This document shows positions 48,179-62,153 of a stretch of 64,000 bases of DNA, piece after piece (positions within the stretch are counted from its first letter, which is position 1; each line of letters opens with the position of its first letter). The notes below the pieces were generated by a model. That model did not search any database and had not been told where the DNA came from. It worked only from the letters and a program-made list of their open reading frames with translations. Position numbers and translations under genes: made by a program. This DNA is from Bryobacterales bacterium (lineage in GTDB: Bacteria; Acidobacteriota; Terriglobia; Bryobacterales; Bryobacteraceae), in the NCBI GenBank assembly GCA_038322705.1, contig JBBQGC010000016.1:3955-67954 (forward strand), written 5' to 3'.

Positions 48179-49589
48179 GAGCTGCAGGCCCTCGCTCTCC
48201 AAACTCCTGTTTTGGGCCGTCTCGCTCGCGGCCACACTGGGCTTTGCGGCCGCACCCGCCAGCAAATCGGCGAGCGAGTTCAACGTGCCCGTCACATACT
48301 ACAAGCTGCCGAACGGGCTGCGTGTCGCGCTTTCACCGGATCCGACCGCCCCCACTGTGGCCATCGCCGTCTACTACAAGATCGGCTTCCGCGTGGAACC
48401 TCGCGACCGCACCGGTTTCGCCCATCTCTTCGAACACATGATGTTCCAGGGTTCGCAAAACCTCGGCAAAATGGAATTCGTGAAGCTGGTCCAGGAAAAT
48501 GGCGGCATTCTCAACGGCTCCACCCGCTTCGATTTCACCAACTATTTCGAGGTCCTGCCGGCCAACAAAATGGAGACGGGATTGTGGGCCGAAGCGGACC
48601 GCATGCGCGGACTGGCGATCGCCGAAGAAAATCTGACCAATCAAAAAGGCGTCGTGAGCAATGAAGTAAAGGTGAACGTGTTGAACCAGCCCTACGGCGG
48701 TTTTCCGTGGCTCGACCTGCCCCAGTACGCAAATACGAACTGGCACAACGCCCACAATTTCTATGGCGACCTGAAGGAGATCGAAGCCGCCACGCTCGAC
48801 GACGTCAAGACATTCTTCAAGACTTACTACGCTCCGAACAATGCGGCGCTGGCAATTGTTGGAGATTTCAGAGTGCCCGAGGCCAAGGCCGCGGTCGAGA
48901 AATATTTCGCCGGAATCCCGGCAGGTCCCGCCATCAAGAGTGTCGATCTGTCGGAACCGCGCCAGGAGAGAGAGAAGAAGTTCACGAAAAAAGACCCACT
49001 GGCGCGCCGTCCTGCACTGGCGATTGCGTACCACATGCCTCAGCGGAACACGCCCGAATACTATGCAATGGGGCTCATCGATCAGATCCTGCTGCAAGGC
49101 AATGACAGCCTGCTATACCGCGAGTTGGTCAATAAGCGCGCATTGACGGGAGAGGTTTCGGGCGGCATCAATCTGCTCGGAAACATGTTCGACTACAACG
49201 GCCCGATGTTGTGGATCGCCTCGTTGTTTTTCGACGACCTTGCAAAAGCACCCGAGATCACCAGCGCCGTGGACCAGGCCGTCTCCGGGCTGCAGAATAA
49301 ACCGGTAGACCGTGCGACGCTCGATCGTGCCTTAACCAAGCTACGCTCGGGCTTCTACGATTCGCTCACGTCCATGGGTGGATTTGGCCGCGCCGATCTC
49401 CTTGCCAGCTTCGCGCTGTTCGATGATGACCCGGCGCGCATCAACACGCTCGAAAGCGAATTCAAGAAAGTCACGCCCGAGCTCATACAACGCACCGCTC
49501 GCGAATACCTGCGGGACACTGCCCGCACAATCGTGATCGTCGAGCCTGCCGCTCCCGCCGCCGGCCCTGCGATAGGAACTTCGAAATGA
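48177..49589 (+). CDS. M16-family (pitrilysin-like) zinc peptidase, catalytic subunit, secreted
   Basis: Signal peptide MSCRPSLSKLLFWAVSLAATLGFAAAP. Inverted zinc motif HLFEHMMFQGS (HxxEH). Confidence 0.9.
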   Translation: MSCRPSLSKLLFWAVSLAATLGFAAAPASKSASEFNVPVTYYKLPNGLRVALSPDPTAPTVAIAVYYKIGFRVEPRDRTGFAHLFEHMMFQGSQNLGKMEFVKLVQENGGILNGSTRFDFTNYFEVLPANKMETGLWAEADRMRGLAIAEENLTNQKGVVSNEVKVNVLNQPYGGFPWLDLPQYANTNWHNAHNFYGDLKEIEAATLDDVKTFFKTYYAPNNAALAIVGDFRVPEAKAAVEKYFAGIPAGPAIKSVDLSEPRQEREKKFTKKDPLARRPALAIAYHMPQRNTPEYYAMGLIDQILLQGNDSLLYRELVNKRALTGEVSGGINLLGNMFDYNGPMLWIASLFFDDLAKAPEITSAVDQAVSGLQNKPVDRATLDRALTKLRSGFYDSLTSMGGFGRADLLASFALFDDDPARINTLESEFKKVTPELIQRTAREYLRDTARTIVIVEPAAPAAGPAIGTSK

Positions 49590-50953
49590 GACTGCGTCTG
49601 TTTACTTCTGCGTTGCTCCTCCTGACCTGCGCCCCGGCACAGGACAAACAGAAGCCTCCTCAGGGCGGTCCGCCGAAGCCGTTCACGTTACCGCCCGCAC
49701 AGAACTTCATGCTCAAGAATGGGGCGAAGGTGACGTTGGTGCCGTACGGTTCGGTGCCGAAGGTCTCTGTCCGAATCGTGATCGCGGCCGGCAACGCGAA
49801 CGAGGCGGCGGACCAGATCTGGCTCGCCGATATGACCGGGCAACTGATGAAAGAAGGGACCACAACTCGTTCCGCGGTCGACATGGCCGAGCAGGCGGCC
49901 CGCATGGGCGGCAACGTCTCGGTCAACGTGGGACTGGATCAGACCACAATCGGCGGCGATGCTTTGTCCGAGTCCGCCGCGGATCTCGTCGCGTTGTTAG
50001 GCGACGTCGCTCAACATCCCGCGTTTCCAGCTAGCCAATTGGAGCGGGTGCGGAGTACGTTGTTACGCCAACTCGCCATTCAGCGTTCTACTCCGGGCGC
50101 TCAAGCCGACGCCGCGTTCAGGAAGTTGCTGTACGGGACTCATCCGTACGGGCGATATTTCCCGACAGAGGAGATGTTGAAGTCGTTCACTATCGAGGGT
50201 GTTCAACATTTCTATAAGTCGAACTTCGGAGCGGCGCGCGCACACATCTATGTCGCGGGACGTTTCGATCCCGCTATCAAGCAAACGGTGACCGCAGCGT
50301 TCGGCTCCTGGGAAGCTGGACCGGCGCCAGTCAACAACGTTCCGAAGACAGTAGCAGCGAAGCATGTCGAAGTGATCGACCGTCCGGGAGCCGCTCAATC
50401 GGTAATCCGTTTCGGACTGCCGGTACCGCCGCCAAATAATCCGGACTACATCGCAGTGGCAGTGACGAACTCGCTTCTGGGCGGCAGTTTCAGCTCGAGA
50501 ATCACTACCAATATTCGAGAGCAGAAGGGCTACACCTATTCCCCGCATAGCATCGTGGAGACCAGTTTTCACGACGTATTTTGGGTACAGGAAGCCGATG
50601 TGACGACAGCGGTGACCGGCCCGGCCCTGCAGGAAATCGTCAACGAGATAAAGCGCCTTCGCAAGGATCCACCGTCCGCGGATGAGTTGAAGGGAATTCA
50701 GAGCTTCATGGCCGGCATGTTCGTCATTGAAAACTCCTCCCGGCAAGGCGTACTCAACCAGCTTCGATTCGTAGACTCGCAGGGGTTGCCAGACGACTGG
50801 TTGCGCACCTACGTACCGACCGTGTTGAAGGTGACTCCGCAGCAGGTGCAGGGCATAACGGAAAAGTATCTCGACCCGGACAAGATGATATTGGTGGTTG
50901 TCGGCGATAAGTCAAAAATAGCCGATCAACTCTCTCCATTCATGACCAGGTAA
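49586..50953 (+). CDS. M16-family peptidase-like non-catalytic partner
   Basis: M16 fold-like sequence lacking HxxEH (WLADMTGQLMKEG in its place). The start overlaps the upstream stop (ATGA). Confidence 0.85.
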   Translation: MRLRLFTSALLLLTCAPAQDKQKPPQGGPPKPFTLPPAQNFMLKNGAKVTLVPYGSVPKVSVRIVIAAGNANEAADQIWLADMTGQLMKEGTTTRSAVDMAEQAARMGGNVSVNVGLDQTTIGGDALSESAADLVALLGDVAQHPAFPASQLERVRSTLLRQLAIQRSTPGAQADAAFRKLLYGTHPYGRYFPTEEMLKSFTIEGVQHFYKSNFGAARAHIYVAGRFDPAIKQTVTAAFGSWEAGPAPVNNVPKTVAAKHVEVIDRPGAAQSVIRFGLPVPPPNNPDYIAVAVTNSLLGGSFSSRITTNIREQKGYTYSPHSIVETSFHDVFWVQEADVTTAVTGPALQEIVNEIKRLRKDPPSADELKGIQSFMAGMFVIENSSRQGVLNQLRFVDSQGLPDDWLRTYVPTVLKVTPQQVQGITEKYLDPDKMILVVVGDKSKIADQLSPFMTR

Positions 50954-50959
50954 CCCTTT

Positions 50960-52443
50960 ATGGAAACAATAACTCGTCGCACAGCCATCGCCTCATTAGC
51001 CGGAGCATGCGCAGTCAATGCTGCCGGGAGCGAATGGACGAATCTCTTCGATGGCAAGACGCTGAACGGCTGGAGGGCCAGCGAGAACTCGAGCACGTGG
51101 AGTGTAAAGGACGGGTGTCTCGCATCCTCAGGCCCCCGCTCACACCTGTTCTATACCGGCGGTCCGGCTGGTGAGGCTCGATTCAAGAACTTCGAACTCG
51201 AAGCCGAGCTGCGATCGGCCTATCGCTGCAACTCGGGCATTTTCTTTCACACCGAGTGGCAGGAGACCGGCTTCCCTGCGAAGGGATTCGAAGTCCAGGT
51301 TGATAATACGGCGCTCGGCGAAGGCAGCTACATTGAGCGCAAGAAGACCGGATCGCTGTACGGCGTCCGTAATCAGTACAAGTCCCTGGCGCACGACGAC
51401 GAGTGGTTCCGCATCAACATCCTGGTGCGCAGTCCCAATGTGCAGGTGCGCGTGAACGGCACGCTGGTGGTCGACTATATCGAGCCCGTTCCGCCCCTGG
51501 TGGCTGACGAGGGTCGCGCGCGCGTGCTCAGCTCGGGCACATTTGCATTGCAAGGTCACGATCCGGGCTCGAAGGTGATGTTCCGCTCGGTCCGCGTTCG
51601 CACGCCACCCAACGATGCGCCTCCTCCCGCAACTCCGGCCGGCGCTACCGACGAGGTCGCGCGCGAACTGATCCGGTTGGGCGCGCACAACTATCCGGTC
51701 GTCGATTATCACTCCCATTTAAAGGGTGGGTTGACGCTGGAGCAGTTGCTCGAGCGGTCGCGCAACACAGGCATCTTCTACGGCGTCGCCATCAACTGTG
51801 GCAAAGGATTTCCGGTTCAGGATGAGGCCAGCGCGCGGAAATTCGTTGACAGCCAGCGCGGTGTTCCCGTCTTTACCGCGATGCAGGCAGAAGGGCGCGA
51901 ATGGACTCAGATGTTCGACCGCGCTACCGTCGGCTTATTCGATTACGTCTTTACTGACTCGATGACCTGGACCGACAACCGGGGCCGGCGCATGCGCACG
52001 TGGATGCCCGACGAGGTCGGAACAATTGCGGACCCACAGGAATTCATGGACACGCTCGTGGACCGCGCCGTCGGGATACTCGAGCGCGAGCCAATTGACA
52101 TCTACGCGAACCCGACGTTTCTTCCCGATGTGCTTGCTAAAGACTACGATCGCCTGTGGACCGATGAACGGATTACCCAGGTACTGAAAGCGGCAAAGAA
52201 GGGCGCGGTGGCGATCGAGTTGAATAATCGCTACCGTCTTCCGAGCGAGAAAATCGTCAAGATGGCCAGGCAGGAAGGCCTGAAATTCAGCTTCGGAACG
52301 AATAACACAGGCCCGCAGGATTTGGGGCGGTGCGAGTACGGGCTCAAGATGGTGAAGGCCGCTCAACTTCGCTGGCAGGACTTTTTCGTGCCTGGAGAAA
52401 AGGGCGAGCGCGCCATTGACCGCAAGCCAGGGATGCTGAAAGC

Positions 52444-52447
<4 letters not shown>
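50960..52447 (+). CDS. DUF1080 (3-keto-disaccharide-hydrolase-like lectin fold) fused to a metal-dependent phosphoesterase/amidohydrolase-like C-domain
   Basis: WTNLFDGKTLNGWR...FKNFELEAELR...NSGIFFH...GFEVQVDN...NGTLVVDY is DUF1080. The C-domain begins YPVVDYHSHLKGG. Confidence 0.7.
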
Positions 52448-55992
<3,545 letters not shown>

Positions 55993-56006
<14 letters not shown>

Positions 56007-56757
56007 ATCGGACTTGTATCGGCGACACCACTTCAACAGGATTTCCGTTCAGCAGAGTGGGCCGGTAGATCCATTGGCGAACTGCATCCACCGCGGCGCG
56101 CGTCAGTAAGGGATGGCCGCTGATGACTTGCAGATGTTGTACGGTACCATCCCGCGCAATGACTCCGAGTAACTCAACTGTTCCCGACACACGGGCTTGC
56201 CGCGCCAGCGCCGGATATACCGGAATCACCTTGGTAATTATCTTGGCTTCCTGAACGCCGCTACCAACCCTGATACGTTCAGCCGGTGGCGCAGCCGTCC
56301 GCACCGGCTCAGGCGCTGTTGCCTTGGCCACCGGAGGTGGAGGCGCGATCGAAGCGGCGCTCGGCAGTATGCCTGTACCCGCGGCCCGTCCGTCGTAAAT
56401 CGCCCCTGGGACATACGGTCCCGTGCTTACAGGCGATTGCGTAGGCGGGTCAAGAATAACGGGTGTCTGATCCGGAATGCGCTTGTACGCATAGAGCTTT
56501 GATGGATCGCGAAACTCGGGCCGCTGCGACGCCGGACGCGGCTGGGGCTTCGATAGCTCGGGCGGAGGAGGCGGAGCAGCCCTGCCTGCGGGAGGCAGCA
56601 CGTGGAGATCGCTGATGCGAAACAGCGGCAAACTGTCGGTGTAAATGAGTGGGATCAACATCGCCGTACTCAGCGCCAATAATTGACCACTGAGTCCAGC
56701 TACTACCGTCCAGGGCCGTTGAGTCCCAGAATTGAGAAGCAATGACTGTTCAAACAT
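55993..56757 (-). CDS. tonB: Energy transducer TonB
   Basis: N-terminal TM, Pro-rich linker (PPPPPELSKPQPRP), C-terminal YPALARQARVSGTVELLGVIARDGTV...RPTLLNGNPVEV. Confidence 0.85.
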
Positions 56758-56832
56758 GCCTCGATAGACACCGCATCAGCGAGCGGAGTTCCGGCGAGTC
56801 AAGTTGGAACTAAACAGCGATGTGCGGTGTCA

Positions 56833-57513
56833 CTACTTACGGCTCGAATACTTGTTCAACGCGCTGACAAACGCGGATGCCGTCGCTGGCACCGCCACAT
56901 TACCCTGCACAATGTCACGATTGCGGTACGCCTGGCCGTATAACTCAGTATTGGTTCCCGAGTCATCGCGCAATGTCGCTCCTGTCAGTGCCACACCGGC
57001 GAAAACGCCCCGTTGCCGGGACCAGGTTAATATCTCCGCATCCATTAGCGCGTCCATTTGCGCGCTCGAGTCGCGCCCCACCGGACCGGCCGCAACCGAT
57101 GCATCCGCCCCCACGGTGAACCGGCTCTTGAACAGCTTTCGCATTCCGGAGTTCATCACCAGCATCACGAGATCGGTCTCCGCGCCGCCGATCTGGAAGC
57201 CGAAACTGCCGCCCTCAACCCGCACGGCCCCTGGCGCCGACCATCCCACGCCGTTCGTTTTGCGGCACGAGATGAAACCGCGTCCATATTTACCGCCCAC
57301 GAAAAACGCGCCCTTCTTTAAGCTGGGCACGATGATCGCGCACTGCGCCTTGTTCAATAGTTCCTGGGGGATCGACTTGTCGCGGGTCGCCATGATCTCG
57401 TTCAACACATCGGCCGACGCCGCAAGCCGCTTATCCGAATCCCGCTCGCCCGATGTCGCGCCGGACACCGGAAACGCGACTGCGGCCAACACAATCAATT
57501 CAACAAATCGCAT
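56833..57513 (-). CDS. SYLF (DUF500/Ysc84-like) lipid-binding domain protein, secreted
   Basis: Signal MRFVELIVLAAVAFPVSG. AIIVPSLKKGAFFVGGKYGRGF and GGSFGFQIGGAETDLVMLVMN. Confidence 0.75.
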   Translation of the reverse strand: MRFVELIVLAAVAFPVSGATSGERDSDKRLAASADVLNEIMATRDKSIPQELLNKAQCAIIVPSLKKGAFFVGGKYGRGFISCRKTNGVGWSAPGAVRVEGGSFGFQIGGAETDLVMLVMNSGMRKLFKSRFTVGADASVAAGPVGRDSSAQMDALMDAEILTWSRQRGVFAGVALTGATLRDDSGTNTELYGQAYRNRDIVQGNVAVPATASAFVSALNKYSSRK

Positions 57514-57517
57514 CCGA

Positions 57518-58510
57518 TCAATCCACCTCCAGGACGGCTTTTCCCACCACTCGCCGCGCCGCAATATCTGACATCGCACGCGGCGCGTCGGGTAACTTGT
57601 AAACACACGTAACTGACGGCCTCACCCTCCCCGCCGAGTACAAGCGATCCACCGCGTTTTGTGTTTCACGCAAATACCACGGCCGGACATTCGCGTAGTC
57701 GCCCCAAAACACGCCCACCACTGACATGTTTTTCAACAACACGCGGTTCACCTGCACGCTCGGTATTCGCCCTCCAGCAAATCCGATCACCAACAGCCGC
57801 CCTTCCGGCGCGATACACTTCATCGACAGGTCGAAGATGTCGCCGCCCACGGGATCGTAGATCACATCGGCGCCGCGGCGCTCCGTCAATTCCTTCACGC
57901 GATCCACCCACGTGGGATCCGAATAGTCGATCGCTTCATCGGCCCCTTGCTCGCGCGCGAAAGCGAGCTTCCGGGCCTCTCCCGCGGTTGCAAGCACACG
58001 TGCTCCCATCGCCTTTCCAATCTGTATTGCCGACATGCCGACGCCGCTCGCAGCCGCGTGCACCAACAATGTCTCGCCTTCCTTCAACGCCGCCCGTTTT
58101 TCCAGTGCAAACCACGAGGTGTGATACACGATCGGGATCGCCGCACCCTCGCACCAGCTCATCTCCGGAGCCATCGCGAAAGTACGGAAGCTGTCGGCCA
58201 CGCTGTACTCCGCGTACGCACCGCCAGTCGTCATTGCCATGACGCGATCACCCGGGACGAAGGTCGTCACCTCAGTGCCCACGGCATCCACTACGCCCGA
58301 CACCTCGGCGCCGGGAGTGAACGGGAATCCGGGGCGCACCTGATACTTACCCTGAATCTGCAGCAGATCGAAAAAGTTCAGAGCCGCGGCATGATTCCGG
58401 ATTCGCACCTGATGGGGCCCGGGCTCCGGAACCTCACAGTCGCGGAACTTCATCCCCGAGGGATCGCACCAATCGTCTACCTGCCAAGCTTTCATTAGCA
58501 CTCTCACCAT
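57518..58510 (-). CDS. NADPH:quinone oxidoreductase / zeta-crystallin-like medium-chain dehydrogenase
   Basis: AAASGVGMSAIQIGKAMGARV nucleotide-binding loop and MDR fold. The start could be Met6 (58495). Confidence 0.85.
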   Translation of the reverse strand: MVRVLMKAWQVDDWCDPSGMKFRDCEVPEPGPHQVRIRNHAAALNFFDLLQIQGKYQVRPGFPFTPGAEVSGVVDAVGTEVTTFVPGDRVMAMTTGGAYAEYSVADSFRTFAMAPEMSWCEGAAIPIVYHTSWFALEKRAALKEGETLLVHAAASGVGMSAIQIGKAMGARVLATAGEARKLAFAREQGADEAIDYSDPTWVDRVKELTERRGADVIYDPVGGDIFDLSMKCIAPEGRLLVIGFAGGRIPSVQVNRVLLKNMSVVGVFWGDYANVRPWYLRETQNAVDRLYSAGRVRPSVTCVYKLPDAPRAMSDIAARRVVGKAVLEVD

Positions 58511-58586
58511 TGTCTACGAGGAATGGTTGGCCTGCCGGAGGATGCCCGCTACAATAGTCCAGTAAGGCAGCACATTCCCTCTGAGC

Positions 58587-61500
58587 ATGAACGAAATCCA
58601 AATCCGTCAACAGGCGCTATTCGACGCGCTCGACACCCGAATCCTTGTCCTCGATGGCGCCATGGGAACCATGGTCCAACAGCGCGATCTCACTGCGCAG
58701 GACTTCGGTGGACCCGCGCTCGAAGGCTGTAACGAGGTGCTGGTAGCGACGCGCCCGGACGTGATCCTCGACATTCACCGTGCCTATTTCGATGCGGGAG
58801 CCGATATGGTCGAGACCGACACCTTCGGCGGCACGCGCCTGGTGATGTCGGAATACGAGTTGCAAGATCGCTCCTATGAGTTGAACGTCACGGCAGCCAA
58901 ACTCGCAAGGCAGGCTGCGGCCGAGTTCTCAACGCCGGGACGGTTGCGCTTCGTCGCAGGCTCGATCGGCCCCACCACCAAGGCCATCACGGTCACCGGC
59001 GGAGTCACGTTCCCTGACTTGGTTGAGAATTTCTACCAGCAATCCAAAGCTCTCATTGAGGGCGGCGCGGATGTGTTGCTGGTGGAGACAAGCCAGGACA
59101 CACGCAATGTCAAAGCGGCACTGCTGGCGATCGGCCGTCTGCGCCAGGAACTCGGCCATCCGATTCCAACCATGGTTTCGGGCACGATCGAGCCGATGGG
59201 CACCATGCTGGCCGGCCAGACCGCCGACGCGCTGTACGCCTCCATCGCCCACGCCGACCTGCTATCGGTGGGGTTGAACTGCGCCACCGGTCCGGAATTT
59301 ATGACGGACCATCTCCGCACCCTGCACGAGATGGCGTCGACTCGTATATCCTGCTACCCCAATGCCGGGTTGCCGAACGACGAGGGTGTGTATCTCGAAA
59401 CGCCCCAGACACTCGCCGCGCAGTTGGATAAGTTTGCGGCGCATGGCTGGCTGAACATTGTCGGCGGCTGCTGCGGCACCACGCCCGCGCACATCCGAAA
59501 AATCGCCGAAATGGCCGGCGGTAAGGCGCCCCGCCCACGCCGCGACCCCGCGCCTCGCACCTATTTCTCCGGCATTGACTTGGTAGAAGCAGACGAATCG
59601 AACCGTCCCCTGATCGTGGGCGAGAGGACCAATGTCATCGGATCGCGCCTGTTTAAGAATCTGGTGACCGAAGAGAAGTGGGAAGAGGCGACTGAGATCG
59701 CGCGGTGGCAAATCCGCAACGGCGCGCATATCGTCGACGTCTGCCTGCAGTCGAGCGATCGCGAAGAGATGGCCGACATCGCGCCGTTCTACGAAAAGCT
59801 GATCCGCAAGATCAAGGCGCCGGTCATGATCGACACCACCGACCCCGCAGCGATCGAAAGCGCGCTCACGTATTGCCAGGGAAAGGCGATCATCAACTCG
59901 ATCAATCTCGAGGATGGTGAGGAGAAGTTTGAGCGCGTATGCCCGCTCGCCAAGGCTTATGGCGCGGCGCTTGTCGTCGGCACGATTGACGAAGATAAGC
60001 TGCAAGCCCAAGCCTTCACCCGCGAACGCAAACTCGCCGTGGCGGAGCGCTCCGTCCATCTGCTCACCACCAAATACGGCATCCCCGCCACCGATATCAT
60101 CATCGATCCGCTCGTGTTCCCCTGCGCGACAGGAGACGAAAACTACATCGGCGGCGCGGTAGAAACCATCGAAGCAATCCGCCTGATCAGGGAACGTGTC
60201 CCGCTCGTTAAGACGATTCTTGGAGTATCGAACATCTCCTTCGGCCTGCCTGCCGCGGCGCGTGAAGTTGTCAATTCCGTGTTCCTTTATTACACGACCA
60301 AAGCGGGGCTGGACCTCGCGATCGTCAACTCGCAGAAGCTGGAACGATTCGCCTCCATACCCGAAGACGAGCGGCGTTTGGCCGAGGGACTGCTCTTCAA
60401 CACGCCTCCCGCAGGCGATCCGTCGCTCGCCAATGCTTCCGAGGACTGGCGCGAGCAGACCAAGGAACAGCGTGCCGCGATCAACCAGGCGTGGATCGCA
60501 CTCACGGCCGAGCATTTCCGCAAAGCCGTGAAGAAGGAGGGCAACAAGGCGGCCGGCCTTCCTCTCGATCAGCGGCTGGCCAACTACATCATCGAGGGCA
60601 CCAAGGACGGGCTGGTTCGAGATCTCGATCTGAAGCGGGCCGAAGGTGTAGCGCCGCTCGACATCATCAACGGCCCGCTCATGACTGGAATGGCCGAGGT
60701 CGGGCGACTGTTCAATAACAACGAACTCATCGTCGCCGAAGTATTGCAGTCCGCCGAGGCCATGAAAGCCGCGGTCACTCATCTTGAACAGTTCATGGAG
60801 AAAGCCGACACCGCAGCGCGTGGCAAGGTGCTGCTCGCAACTGTGAAAGGCGACGTCCACGATATCGGCAAGAATCTGGTTGAAATCATCCTGTCAAATA
60901 ACGGCTACACAGTGATCAATCTCGGCATCAAAGTGCCGCCGGAGCTGTTGATCAAAGCCTACGATGAGCACAAGCCGGACGCCATCGGACTCTCGGGCCT
61001 GCTGGTGAAGAGCGCGCATCAAATGGTGACTACCGCGACCGATTTCCACGAGCACGGGTTGAAGGTTCCGCTGCTGGTGGGTGGCGCGGCGCTGTCTGAG
61101 AAATTCACGACGCTCAAGATCGCGCCCGCCTACGGGTCGCCCACGTTTTATTCGAAAGACGCGATGACCGGGCTCCGCCTGATGAACGAGATTATGGATC
61201 CGGCCACGCGCGACCGCGTTTTTGCCGAGCACACGCACACGACACCGGGCGCAGGATTCGAAGGACCCGAGAAGGGGCCGATCAACGAAAGCGAAGCGCG
61301 CAGTCCCAAGGTCCGCATCGATCTGCCCATTCCGGCGGCTCCGTATCTCGATCGCAAAGTGAGAACCGTGCCGCATCTGGCGGAGGTGTGGAGTTATATC
61401 AACCCGTACATGCTCTACGGCCGTCACATGGGCTTCAAGGGCAATTTCGAAAAGCTGCTTGCCGAACGCGACCCCAAGGCTCTGGAGCTGTTCCACATCG

Positions 61501-62141
61501 TCGAATCCGTGAAGCACTGGGCATCCGATTTCATCCAGGTGCGCGCGGTATGGCAGTTCTTCGAGGCCGAGCGCCATGGCAACTCCATCCATCTCTTCGA
61601 GCCAGGAGCATCGGCGCCGGTTCAGAGTTGGCCGTTTGCGAGACAATCCAAATCCGACGGCCTTTGCTTGAGCGATTACATACTCGATCCGGAGGACGGC
61701 CGCCGCGACCATCTTGCTCTGTTCGCCGTCACTGCGGGCGAAGGCATCCGCGCGCGCAGTGAAGAAGCGAAACGCGCGGGTGAATTCGTTAAGGCGCACG
61801 CGCTCCAGGCGCTCGCCATCGAAACCGCCGAGGGCTGCGCGGAGTGGCTGCACCGCCGCATTCGCGAGGACTGGGGCTTCCCCGACCCCCCCTCGATGAC
61901 CATGCAGGAGCGCTTCACATCGCGCTATCGCGGCAAGCGCTACAGCTTCGGTTATCCGGCTTGCGCGAATCTCGAATATCAGACTGGGCTTTTCAAACTG
62001 CTCCGGCCCGAAGACATCGGCATCGAACTGACCGACGGGTTTATGATGGACCCCGAGGCGAGTGTCAGCGCACTCGTGTTCCATCATCCCGACTGCGCCT
62101 ATTTCAGCGCGGGCGAAGAGCCTCTGCTCGCGACCGCGTGA
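58587..62141 (+). CDS. metH: Cobalamin-dependent methionine synthase
   Basis: 1184 aa with Hcy-binding, pterin-binding, B12-binding (GDVHDIGKN) and AdoMet-activation modules in order. Confidence 0.96.
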   Translation: MNEIQIRQQALFDALDTRILVLDGAMGTMVQQRDLTAQDFGGPALEGCNEVLVATRPDVILDIHRAYFDAGADMVETDTFGGTRLVMSEYELQDRSYELNVTAAKLARQAAAEFSTPGRLRFVAGSIGPTTKAITVTGGVTFPDLVENFYQQSKALIEGGADVLLVETSQDTRNVKAALLAIGRLRQELGHPIPTMVSGTIEPMGTMLAGQTADALYASIAHADLLSVGLNCATGPEFMTDHLRTLHEMASTRISCYPNAGLPNDEGVYLETPQTLAAQLDKFAAHGWLNIVGGCCGTTPAHIRKIAEMAGGKAPRPRRDPAPRTYFSGIDLVEADESNRPLIVGERTNVIGSRLFKNLVTEEKWEEATEIARWQIRNGAHIVDVCLQSSDREEMADIAPFYEKLIRKIKAPVMIDTTDPAAIESALTYCQGKAIINSINLEDGEEKFERVCPLAKAYGAALVVGTIDEDKLQAQAFTRERKLAVAERSVHLLTTKYGIPATDIIIDPLVFPCATGDENYIGGAVETIEAIRLIRERVPLVKTILGVSNISFGLPAAAREVVNSVFLYYTTKAGLDLAIVNSQKLERFASIPEDERRLAEGLLFNTPPAGDPSLANASEDWREQTKEQRAAINQAWIALTAEHFRKAVKKEGNKAAGLPLDQRLANYIIEGTKDGLVRDLDLKRAEGVAPLDIINGPLMTGMAEVGRLFNNNELIVAEVLQSAEAMKAAVTHLEQFMEKADTAARGKVLLATVKGDVHDIGKNLVEIILSNNGYTVINLGIKVPPELLIKAYDEHKPDAIGLSGLLVKSAHQMVTTATDFHEHGLKVPLLVGGAALSEKFTTLKIAPAYGSPTFYSKDAMTGLRLMNEIMDPATRDRVFAEHTHTTPGAGFEGPEKGPINESEARSPKVRIDLPIPAAPYLDRKVRTVPHLAEVWSYINPYMLYGRHMGFKGNFEKLLAERDPKALELFHIVESVKHWASDFIQVRAVWQFFEAERHGNSIHLFEPGASAPVQSWPFARQSKSDGLCLSDYILDPEDGRRDHLALFAVTAGEGIRARSEEAKRAGEFVKAHALQALAIETAEGCAEWLHRRIREDWGFPDPPSMTMQERFTSRYRGKRYSFGYPACANLEYQTGLFKLLRPEDIGIELTDGFMMDPEASVSALVFHHPDCAYFSAGEEPLLATA

Positions 62142-62153
62142 GCTGCGCGAGCC

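Noticed and set aside
58511-58586. Riboswitch (cobalamin or SAM) upstream of metH, and similarly at 2311..2415 upstream of the Cys/Met PLP enzyme.
   Set aside because: The leaders are only 76 and ~105 nt. I could not find the B12-box or the SAM-I conserved core segments in them.
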